Source: a virus (lineage: Duplodnaviria; Caudoviricetes). Taken from it: a DNA stretch of 64,000 nucleotides. The stretch is from the IMG/VR virus record IMGVR_UViG_3300025011_000016, one strand, 5' to 3'. The notes under the pieces were generated by a model, which did no database searches, was not told the origin of the DNA, and saw only the letters and a program-made list of their open reading frames with translations. The position numbers and the translations under genes are program-made. Positions within the stretch are counted from its first letter, which is position 1, and every line of letters begins with the position of its first letter. Below are positions 55,662 to 64,000 of the stretch, in pieces.

Positions 55662-56329
55662 GTCGCATCAACCACCTTAATATAATCTTCCGATAAAACT
55701 AAAATGCTATGCACTATATTTTTAACCACACGATCAATAATAATATTAGAATTTCGTACAATAGATATCTCTGTTAATGACATGGTATAATCGACTGGGT
55801 TAGCGGTCAGAGGTAATAATTTTACTGGTTCCAGAACGAATATATTATTTTCTGATAATACCGACACTAATGAATATGATAGCGGAGTATCAACCCCATT
55901 AGTTATAGTAAAGGACATCCTTATAGATGGCTCAACCTCAATTAAAGTTTGATCCCCAACAACTTCAACACAATCCATATCTATACTAATAAGTATTTTA
56001 ACTGGAATATTTGTTATAATGTATGGTTCTAAAAGTAAATTAGATTCATCTAGGATAACCTCAGGTAATTCTATATCACTCAATTCAAGAGAATATAGAT
56101 TACCATCAATATTCAGATTATATGCAACGAATGTTGTATTATCAATATGATTTCTAAGTCTTGTTAAACTGTCGTATGATATAACGTTACCATCAACAGT
56201 CTTAAGTAAAATCTGCCCAGAGGCTTTATGGATCATTAATTCTTGAGGTACTGCATCATCTTTATATTCACGGGACAGTAATGATACTGCAAATCTATTC
56301 AGTAATGTCATAATTCCACTCCTATTCAT
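55637..56329 (-). CDS. putative virion protein
   Basis: Structural cluster; start may be 56311. Confidence 0.55.
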   Translation of the reverse strand: MNRSGIMTLLNRFAVSLLSREYKDDAVPQELMIHKASGQILLKTVDGNVISYDSLTRLRNHIDNTTFVAYNLNIDGNLYSLELSDIELPEVILDESNLLLEPYIITNIPVKILISIDMDCVEVVGDQTLIEVEPSIRMSFTITNGVDTPLSYSLVSVLSENNIFVLEPVKLLPLTANPVDYTMSLTEISIVRNSNIIIDRVVKNIVHSILVLSEDYIKVVDATCPLLLNL

Positions 56330-56339
56330 TATTGTTTTT

Positions 56340-56351
56340 TATACTATTGTT
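56340..56351 (-). promoter_or_regulatory. AACA-N6-TA late-promoter-like motif
   Basis: Minus-strand AACA atagta TA. Confidence 0.4.
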
Positions 56352-56387
56352 TGATAATAGTAAAGTAAAGAAATTTACTTAGTTATA

Positions 56388-59018
56388 TTAAAGAGTAGTA
56401 ATAGTGGGAAAAATATTCATAATGATATTTGAACCGACACCATCATCTGGATTCATTAATAATACTTTATCGGGTGAGAATATAAACGGGTATTCATTAA
56501 TAATATCTTGTGAAAATACTCCAGTTATATCTGGATTTATAAACATATTTGAATTCATAATAAGTAAATAGAAATCATATAATTGAGGGCCTCTTTTATC
56601 AATAAGATCAGTTATCATATCGTCGAGTATATCGTTGATTACTGGACGAATAGCAGTCATTGACGTTCCTATTGTTGGTATATTATCCCATAGAGTATCT
56701 GATACTGATACTGGATTTGGCCCCATTGGTAATAATTCATCTTCAATAACCCTTTCAAAAACAGTAAAGTTCTTAAGAGTAATAACATTTTTCACAAATA
56801 TTTTTGTTGGTGAAAGTATATCAATATTATTTTTATTTAGTCTATAACCATTCAGATAAGCATCATACCATTTTAAATCAAAAGGTTTAGTTATGAAACC
56901 TTTCATATCAACAAATCCATTTTGAGGTATAATTTCTTGATAAAAGATCTGTCTATATTTAGTTGGCGTATATTCAACGATATATTTATCACCTATCTGT
57001 ACAACAATATTAGTTGTTACACGATAATCATCACCCGCGTATTTTGGAAAAGCAACATTAAATAACTCAGTCATCATCAATTGACCATTTCTGAATAATC
57101 TAAAATTACGTGGATCATTATTCACTATTTCATTAGAACTAAATGTGGATACATTAAATATATTATCAACATTAGTTATTTCAAATTCATGAGTAAAAGC
57201 AATCTTATTAATATATAATGTCAAATCTTGACCAAGTAAATTAGTATCCGCAATTCTTAATTTGAAATCAGTTAGATTAAATGATGAGGTTTTATCTAAA
57301 TCTATCAGTTCACCGTTGGTTTCAATTGATATAATAAGTGATGTTGGATCTACATATACTCCACCGTTAGAATTATTTATAATAAATATATCATTTATCA
57401 TTACTTCCATATCAGATTTCAGTATTGTGATATCTATTACATCTTCAATTGAAGCGAAACTTAAATTGGTATTAAAAGAGAAACTTTCAGGTTTTTCCAA
57501 TTCGATAATAGAATTTTGTGTTATTAAAGTTACTGGGATATAGTAATAATTATAATCATTATCTACATTAAATTTATCTGGAGTATATAATAACCCATCT
57601 ATAAAAAATTTTAGATCGGTTAAATCATTTGAATACCCATTACCTAATATAAATAAATAACGGGGTTCCAGAAAATCCTCTTGTTCAGACACAACACTTA
57701 TCTCTTGTCTATTATCCAATCTATATTTAGAAGCTAAATCCATAGTGGATACATCAAGATATGATCCAGTTCCATTCGTTAATTGTTTGAATAGATATGA
57801 TTTTAATATCTCACTATTTTGATTACACCAAGCTTGAAATTTATCAAGTTTGTATCTTAAAGGATCAGAAGCTGTATCTGTAAAGTCTTTAATATCATAT
57901 ACAAATTCTATCGGAGAGAAATTCTTTATAATGTCAGGTATGGTACTATCTTTATATTTATCTAAGATATTCGTACTTGCATTATAATATAGAGCTAACT
58001 CATTTTGATAACTTAGAGTTACAACATTAGGGGTATCGTCAGAATATAATACAAAGAAGGTTAAGTCATTATCAGCAGTATTTCCAATTACTTCATAAAT
58101 GTTAGGATAATATAATCTTAGAGTTATATCATGAGCAAAATATTTTATTTCATTGATAGTTTTAAATATCAAGATGTTTTCTACTGGAATGGGCATATTT
58201 TGAATTGGTATATCAAAATATTTTGTCGCTCCAGTAATATCAATCTTCTTTAGAAGATGTGGTATACCAAAAACATTTAAATGCACGTATCGATTATCAA
58301 ATGTATTCTGAGCACTACTATAGAATTTAAGTATTCCTGTCGATTTAACTACATTGGCAATTATAGCTGAGAATTTCAGATTTAATGTATTTATATAATT
58401 AATATAATTTGTCGATGTATCAATATGAGTACCTAAGCTTAATTCAGGTAAAGTTAAATTATTCTTATATTTTTGTAATACTGTATTGTCAGTATTATAT
58501 ACGTTATACGCACAATTTGGTAAAAATAAAATAGTTACTTTTGAATTAGCACTCACTAACGTATTAAAATATGTTTGAGTGATCACAGTATCTATATTAA
58601 ATATTATATAGGTTACATCATCTTTAACCGTTATTGTGGCGGAATCAAAAAACTTACCTTCGATAAAGACTAAAAATGTATATGAGAAAATATCAGAGTT
58701 GGAAACAGTATCAAATACTCCTATTTCTTTATTATAAAACTTAGAATTTTTATACCTTTTTTTGTTTTGATTTGATACAAAATCAAAATCTATAGTCCTA
58801 ATGTATTTCTTAGGATATGTTACACGATCTTTATATGGATTCATCAATAATAAATCACTCATTAGTAAATCAATTCGCTTATATCCAATTAATTGAAGTT
58901 GGGTTGAATAAAGATACTTAAATGAATTTATTTTAACTTCATTTATAGTATCTTCCAACATATCTAAATTAAATGTACCGTTGGTATATAACTGTTTCTC
59001 AAGATCACTTAACGTCAT
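56388..59018 (-). CDS. large putative virion structural protein
   Basis: 876 aa, beta-rich, repeated LFxNG/YLNG-type motifs. Confidence 0.6.
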   Translation of the reverse strand: MTLSDLEKQLYTNGTFNLDMLEDTINEVKINSFKYLYSTQLQLIGYKRIDLLMSDLLLMNPYKDRVTYPKKYIRTIDFDFVSNQNKKRYKNSKFYNKEIGVFDTVSNSDIFSYTFLVFIEGKFFDSATITVKDDVTYIIFNIDTVITQTYFNTLVSANSKVTILFLPNCAYNVYNTDNTVLQKYKNNLTLPELSLGTHIDTSTNYINYINTLNLKFSAIIANVVKSTGILKFYSSAQNTFDNRYVHLNVFGIPHLLKKIDITGATKYFDIPIQNMPIPVENILIFKTINEIKYFAHDITLRLYYPNIYEVIGNTADNDLTFFVLYSDDTPNVVTLSYQNELALYYNASTNILDKYKDSTIPDIIKNFSPIEFVYDIKDFTDTASDPLRYKLDKFQAWCNQNSEILKSYLFKQLTNGTGSYLDVSTMDLASKYRLDNRQEISVVSEQEDFLEPRYLFILGNGYSNDLTDLKFFIDGLLYTPDKFNVDNDYNYYYIPVTLITQNSIIELEKPESFSFNTNLSFASIEDVIDITILKSDMEVMINDIFIINNSNGGVYVDPTSLIISIETNGELIDLDKTSSFNLTDFKLRIADTNLLGQDLTLYINKIAFTHEFEITNVDNIFNVSTFSSNEIVNNDPRNFRLFRNGQLMMTELFNVAFPKYAGDDYRVTTNIVVQIGDKYIVEYTPTKYRQIFYQEIIPQNGFVDMKGFITKPFDLKWYDAYLNGYRLNKNNIDILSPTKIFVKNVITLKNFTVFERVIEDELLPMGPNPVSVSDTLWDNIPTIGTSMTAIRPVINDILDDMITDLIDKRGPQLYDFYLLIMNSNMFINPDITGVFSQDIINEYPFIFSPDKVLLMNPDDGVGSNIIMNIFPTITTL

Positions 59019-59047
59019 AATATATCACCCTTTCTTTTGCATATCAT

Positions 59048-59059
59048 TAATAGTATGTT
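59048..59059 (-). promoter_or_regulatory. AACA-N6-TA late-promoter-like motif
   Basis: Minus-strand AACA tactat TA, about 30 nt before the start of 59018. Confidence 0.45.
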
Positions 59060-59080
59060 GAAATAAATAATAATCCCCAT

Positions 59081-59127
59081 AAAAAAGAAAGTGTAATGAG
59101 AGTTTTATTCTCATTACACTTTCTTTT
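59081..59127 (-). terminator. intrinsic terminator after the amidase
   Basis: 19-bp inverted repeat with A/T tracts. Confidence 0.75.
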
Positions 59128-59132
59128 AATTG

Positions 59133-60173
59133 TTAAAATTTAGTGAATTTACCATTGTATTGTACATAACCACTCTTCGTATTAACGCCCTTTACGGTTG
59201 TATATACAACATGTAATTTACCATTCTTTCTATATAAGGGGGTTGCTGATTCCCCTGGCTCCAGTCTTCCTATGGTTGATCCAACATTATCATATACAGT
59301 TTCGCTACTCGAACCATTTTCCCATTGATTTTGAAAGTAATAGTTGATATTTGATGATAATTTAATATACCCGCTTCTTACAACACCAGAACTTGTGGGA
59401 TATTCTACTAAAGCCAATTGTTTAGAATAACTTACATCTAAAACTGTAATATTATCACCGTTTGATACATATCGTCCAGATAATATATTACCGTTTATAT
59501 CGCGAATGGGTAAGTCCGAATTAATACATTTTGCATTATTATCATATGAAAAGTTTGATGGTGTAGTATGAGTTAATGTAATTATTGATGATGGTTGAAT
59601 ATTGATAGTTCCATTATAATTAATGCCTAAAAAATTCAACACACCTTTTGCAATGGCAACTGCTGCAATATCCATCTTAGCTAAAATTACAGCCTCTTCA
59701 CTATCAATAAATCCATATTCTACAAGACATGCACTCGTTATAGTTTTGTCGAATTTACGAGTAACATATAAATTACTTATTTTAACCCCACGATCTATCA
59801 TTTCTAAGAGAGATGCCATTTGACTCTGAATACTTTCTGCTAACCGATAATCACTCCCAGCGCTTTTATAACAGTGGGTTTCATTCCCCTTTGCTTGCGT
59901 ATTAAAACTATTATTGTGTAAACTTACAAATACATCAGGATTAAATTGTTTTGCAATTGTAATTCGATTTAATAGATCGACATTTACATCAAAAACACCA
60001 GAACAAAAATCTTTATCTGTTGTTCTGGTGTAATGGATATTCATATCATGTTGTTGAAGTATTTTACCAACTTTTAATCCTAGTATTAAATTGTTATTTT
60101 TTTCATAAGTTGTTTTTCCAAGGGCTCCAGGATCTCTACCCCCATGCCCAATATCAAGTACTACATTATACAT
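59133..60173 (-). CDS. N-acetylmuramoyl-L-alanine amidase (Amidase_3) endolysin with two SH3-like wall-binding modules
   Basis: LDIGHGG.DPGA, EK, SLHNN, LVEYGFI; C-terminal ..VEYPT..VRSGY and ..VVYTT..TKSGY. Confidence 0.9.
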   Translation of the reverse strand: MYNVVLDIGHGGRDPGALGKTTYEKNNNLILGLKVGKILQQHDMNIHYTRTTDKDFCSGVFDVNVDLLNRITIAKQFNPDVFVSLHNNSFNTQAKGNETHCYKSAGSDYRLAESIQSQMASLLEMIDRGVKISNLYVTRKFDKTITSACLVEYGFIDSEEAVILAKMDIAAVAIAKGVLNFLGINYNGTINIQPSSIITLTHTTPSNFSYDNNAKCINSDLPIRDINGNILSGRYVSNGDNITVLDVSYSKQLALVEYPTSSGVVRSGYIKLSSNINYYFQNQWENGSSSETVYDNVGSTIGRLEPGESATPLYRKNGKLHVVYTTVKGVNTKSGYVQYNGKFTKF

Positions 60174-60294
60174 ATATTATCACCATCCTTCTAATAGTTT
60201 ATAAATTAATTTTTAATTATTATGTCACATAATGCGTCTACTGTTCATTAACGATTTATCACGTTCATTTGTAACCATATCAACACCCTTTAAT

Positions 60295-62034
60295 TTAATT
60301 CTCATACACTAATATCTTAGGACTTACGATCATATCAACAGTTTGACCATTTAAAACCTTAACGCTAATCCCCGTTACCTCTGTATCCACTGTAAAATAA
60401 TTATAAATTTCGTTTATGCCAGACATTACGACCGTTGTACCTGTTTTAAAAATATTCAGCGTGGCCATTGGTGAGCCGACAGCCATCACCTTATGATTTT
60501 TAGGTATGGTGAAAACACTCTCCCCACCATAAGCACCGATGAACCAGAAAGTTGTGTCAGCGATTGCAGTACCTGTCATTTGATATACTCCTGGCTTTAA
60601 AAGTTTAACTGTGATTCCTGTTGTCGTAACTGGCACGACAATTGTAAAATCAGGAGTAATATCATAATAATAATCCCGAAAATTAACCCTGTTTAATACT
60701 ATTTGGTTATACTCCGTTGTGGATAAATCAATTAACTTAGTTGTGTGTAAACCATCAACAGAAGCCACAATATTGTTATTTTTAAAGGTATTGGTTGAAA
60801 TATAAAGCCCTGTTTGTTCATAAATGGCCCCAAAATTAGTATTGTTTTTACAAATAATAGTCACTTGATTTTCTTTTCCGTCTACAAAAACAGCACCATA
60901 TGTCATTGGATTGTTACCCATATTATTTCTATCGCAAATAATATCAAGTTGGTTTTGTATTGCGCCAGTTAGCAACACGCCAGCATAATAATTTTCCTGT
61001 GCTTCAATACAGGAATACTGTGAGGTTGTAGAAGCAATAATAATACCTGGTTTTGCGTTTGCATAATTCCCTGAAAACCATACCTTAACATTACTAACCT
61101 TAGTGTTTCCTCCGCCAAAATACGCGCCCTCTGTCCCGCCAGTAACACCGCAATTGGAAACATAGATACCATTAAGTGTACCGTCATACCCACCATAATA
61201 TAGACCCTGTTTATCGCATAGATCAATATATATGTCTTTAAGATTGGGTATTAAGCATCGACCGTTTACATAAATGCCTTCTAACGCGAAGTTTTGTAAA
61301 TATAAATCTTTGACATAGCACGTACCCACAATATAATTTGCGTCATTAGTATCGTAAAGAATACCTCTAGCAACTGCACCATTAGCTTTATTACCGTCCA
61401 AGACTAACTTACTAAGACTAACATACCATGTATATTTATAAAATTTAAAAATGGCATCAATCGTTGCACCATCTTTAACTTTAATTCTCCGGCCCTTGTT
61501 ATCAGATGTAATATTATAAAAATCATTAATAAGTATAACTTGTGAAACGATTACATCTGAATTTAATTTTAGTTCAAGTCTGTTTGATGCAATAAAACTC
61601 AAAGCTTTTAAAAATTGCGTTGTATCATCAACCAGACCTGTAATACCAAATTGTTTTGTATTGATACTATCCGCAACCATTAGTCCTGCGAATATTAACC
61701 CTGTAATATGGTGATATGATCCACCATCGTCGACAAAAGGGCCACTCACAATCCTGTACTTTGCCCCTCCACCATCGGCAACGGATAAATAACCATGAGT
61801 TGTAACAATAGTCCCTACACTTAAACTAGTGTCAGATTTCATGTCAGCAACGGTTTTGTAATACGTATTCTCCGCCTTATGCGCATCAAGACTACTTTGT
61901 TTAGCCAATTCAATATTTCCATCAGGTCCACCTATAAAGGGCCTTTTTGTATCGGTAGTGAGTGCCAATTCGGATACTGGTAATATTGGTAAGTTAACTT
62001 CTAAACCTCTTTTATGTTGAATTCTTCTAGCCAT
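60295..62034 (-). CDS. tailspike/tail fibre with pectate-lyase-like beta-helix (putative depolymerase)
   Basis: N-terminal IQHKRG...GELAxTTDT-like anchor, TVADMK...GY....DGGGA.Y, DDTTQF..AL, Asn/Gly-rich beta-helix. Confidence 0.75.
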   Translation of the reverse strand: MARRIQHKRGLEVNLPILPVSELALTTDTKRPFIGGPDGNIELAKQSSLDAHKAENTYYKTVADMKSDTSLSVGTIVTTHGYLSVADGGGAKYRIVSGPFVDDGGSYHHITGLIFAGLMVADSINTKQFGITGLVDDTTQFLKALSFIASNRLELKLNSDVIVSQVILINDFYNITSDNKGRRIKVKDGATIDAIFKFYKYTWYVSLSKLVLDGNKANGAVARGILYDTNDANYIVGTCYVKDLYLQNFALEGIYVNGRCLIPNLKDIYIDLCDKQGLYYGGYDGTLNGIYVSNCGVTGGTEGAYFGGGNTKVSNVKVWFSGNYANAKPGIIIASTTSQYSCIEAQENYYAGVLLTGAIQNQLDIICDRNNMGNNPMTYGAVFVDGKENQVTIICKNNTNFGAIYEQTGLYISTNTFKNNNIVASVDGLHTTKLIDLSTTEYNQIVLNRVNFRDYYYDITPDFTIVVPVTTTGITVKLLKPGVYQMTGTAIADTTFWFIGAYGGESVFTIPKNHKVMAVGSPMATLNIFKTGTTVVMSGINEIYNYFTVDTEVTGISVKVLNGQTVDMIVSPKILVYEN

Positions 62035-62669
62035 TAAAATGTACCCCCGTCTATCGTTTGCTCATCATTAACATCACCGAACATTCCAGCATCAATATCA
62101 GATTCACTTGTGTCTATATCTATCCCAACAGGTATATTTTTTAAGATAATCATTGCAATAGTTGTACTATCGGCAAGTATTCCACTTATTAAAGTCGAAT
62201 CGGTAAATCTAATAAAACCATTTACTGAAGGGGATCTAGTTGCACTAGTTAAAGTATATTTATCTGAAGTTATAAAAGTTGTATTTTTATAAACTATAAT
62301 AGTATCCATGTCTTTATCATAGGTTGGTAAAGGTATTGTAAAAATAGTTTGTCCGTCAGTTTCTGTTGGTACAGCATAATTATAAGATACTAATCTAGAA
62401 AGTTTATTATCAATTAGTGAAGTATTTACAATATCCCAATTACTATTATTAAAAGCTCCTGTAGTTCCATTATATTTACATTTATAGATAATATGTTTAT
62501 TTGTATCAGTATCAAACATATAAACAAATTGATCCATGTTATAAACGTTATTAGGGGTAAAATCCGTGACATCCCCTATATCTGAGAATATAAAATCGGA
62601 AATAAGACTGATTATGTTGTTAGTATCAACTTTTTTTAAATGTCCCTTTAGAATATCAATACTTTTCAT
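62034..62669 (-). CDS. putative tail-associated protein
   Basis: C-terminal IDAGMF/IDGGTF motifs; coupled to the tailspike start. Confidence 0.6.
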   Translation of the reverse strand: MKSIDILKGHLKKVDTNNIISLISDFIFSDIGDVTDFTPNNVYNMDQFVYMFDTDTNKHIIYKCKYNGTTGAFNNSNWDIVNTSLIDNKLSRLVSYNYAVPTETDGQTIFTIPLPTYDKDMDTIIVYKNTTFITSDKYTLTSATRSPSVNGFIRFTDSTLISGILADSTTIAMIILKNIPVGIDIDTSESDIDAGMFGDVNDEQTIDGGTF

Positions 62670-62682
62670 ATTTTAATACCTC

Positions 62683-63690
62683 CTATTCGTTTAGATTAGC
62701 TAAATCAGAATATATTTTTACACCTTGTTGATCAACAATGTCTTCCATAATATATTGATTATTGATATAACTGCCATTAACAACAGCTAATATATTATAT
62801 AGTAGATAAGGAAAGGATTCTAATGCTAATAAAGCTGATGGATCATACATATTAATATACGATTCAAGATAATTTCTTACAGTTAAATCTTTAAAACCTA
62901 GATTTAATTCTTTCTTAGTAAGAGCTTGAATGAATGTAGATAAATCACTGTAGTCTTCAATCTTCATCATATCATTAACTTCTTTTAATATAAATAGATT
63001 GGCATTAACACAATTCTTAATAGAATAATTAAATGTCATTTCGGTATCTGAATGACCTAATATATTTATCATATAAAATTTAGATGCTAAAAATAAAACT
63101 TTTTGCATTTTATTCTTATCTGTATTAAGAGCATATTTCTTATTTAATACACGTGTAAATAAATTAGAGTATATAGACGAGCCATTAGTAATGATAACAT
63201 TTCGTCCAGAAACTTGATTACCATGATGGTAACATATCTTAGAAAGATAAGCTGCTTCCATGATACAATATAATTTCTTAGCGTCTATATTAATATCTCC
63301 ATTTTCTTTGTTCATTGTACCGTAACTATCAACGACTACAATAGCTACTACATTACCAGAATGATTACGGGTTAAGAAGAAAGGCATACACATTGGTAAT
63401 TTGGCATTATCGGGCGAATATATTAATACTATTTCACCAGATGATACAGCTTCAAGGATTTTAAATTTCAAAGGAAATTTAAAATTCTTATTTATAATTA
63501 TGAAAGATTCTTCTAAATTTTGCTGTTTAAGAATAGTACCATGTTGTAATATCTTATGTATATTACTGGAAAGGGCGTTGCCTGAGTTTAAATGTCTATA
63601 TACAAAAGTTTCTTCTAAAGATCTAAATGCCATATTATCAACCCCTTTATGTGGTTTTATTATAGAAATGTTGCTCATAAAACCTTCCAA
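62683..63690 (-). CDS. hypothetical protein (putative virion)
   Basis: 335-aa ORF upstream of tail genes. Confidence 0.7.
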   Translation of the reverse strand: MEGFMSNISIIKPHKGVDNMAFRSLEETFVYRHLNSGNALSSNIHKILQHGTILKQQNLEESFIIINKNFKFPLKFKILEAVSSGEIVLIYSPDNAKLPMCMPFFLTRNHSGNVVAIVVVDSYGTMNKENGDINIDAKKLYCIMEAAYLSKICYHHGNQVSGRNVIITNGSSIYSNLFTRVLNKKYALNTDKNKMQKVLFLASKFYMINILGHSDTEMTFNYSIKNCVNANLFILKEVNDMMKIEDYSDLSTFIQALTKKELNLGFKDLTVRNYLESYINMYDPSALLALESFPYLLYNILAVVNGSYINNQYIMEDIVDQQGVKIYSDLANLNE

Positions 63691-63772
63691 TTAAAGACTA
63701 ACTACTATTTTATTTCAAGAAGAACTTTATAATAAGACAAAGATAAATTTTATAAAAGAGAGGAAGAATATA

Positions 63773-64000
63773 TTGAAATATAGTACAGGACATACAGTTT
63801 ATATGAATGAGTTTGGGGTGGAAGTTCCCTCTGTAACTACGATATTAAAGATTTTAAATAAACCTGCCCTATTACATTGGGCTAACTATCTGGGATTTAA
63901 GCGATTAAATATTAAAGATGTATTAGAGAAGTCCTCAAATATAGGAACTTTAGTGCATTCAATGGTATACGCTTATTTAATGGATAGATATTTTATTTTT
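63773..64000 (+). CDS. 5' part of a putative PD-(D/E)XK/RecB-like phage exonuclease (truncated by the window)
   Basis: TTG with GAGAGG RBS; PSVTTILKILNKPALLHWAN..G...GTLVH. Confidence 0.6.
   Translation, partial: MKYSTGHTVYMNEFGVEVPSVTTILKILNKPALLHWANYLGFKRLNIKDVLEKSSNIGTLVHSMVYAYLMDRYFIF

Noticed and set aside
3176-63694. Nested or antisense track ORFs (e.g. 3176, 4888, 5117, 5690, 6051, 8893, 11103, 12183, 12586, 14819, 15484, 17092, 19723, 22828, 23591, 23838, 28745, 30091, 31324, 32820, 34652, 36329, 36382, 41611, 42770, 44226, 49657, 50887, 51193, 56635, 57262, 59623, 60020, 60969, 62110, 63401)
   Set aside because: Shadows of better-supported genes or regulatory gaps; no RBS or recognisable motifs
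1-64000. CRISPR array, tRNA or rRNA genes
   Set aside because: No regularly spaced identical repeats, cloverleaf or rRNA signatures found by eye; a tRNAscan run would be decisive

Overview
Very AT-rich window from a jumbo phage of the phiKZ/AR9-like type, which encodes its own multisubunit RNA polymerases. The Clostridium-style amidase and strong Firmicute-type RBSs suggest a Bacillota host (inference). Layout: (1) 1-24 kb accessory/early region of small ORFs, nine paralogues of a ~22-aa helical-repeat (DUF4116-like) family, a DUF1874/AcrIII-1-like ring nuclease candidate, a stand-alone multi-ubiquitin-like protein, two AAA ATPases and a GC-rich structured non-coding element at ~20.2-20.5 kb. 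(2) 24-34 kb nucleotide metabolism (tmk, DHH, thyA, dcd, SLOG, HD). (3) 34-43 kb conserved core/structural genes, including a kinase-like and a PolB-palm-like ORF. (4) 43.1-48.5 kb two RNAP beta' genes broken by six group I introns. Splice junctions were reconstructed by hand. The catalytic NADFDGD motif is assembled from three exons through a 9-nt micro-exon, and one intron appears to use a C.A rather than U.G 5' splice pair. (5) 48.5-64 kb ppk1, a holin-like protein with an MshEN-like tail, virion proteins, endolysin and a tailspike. Two promoter-like motifs (TATATATTAT and AACA-N6-TA) partition accessory and structural genes. No tRNA, rRNA or CRISPR array seen. All family calls come from motif recognition by eye, not database searches.
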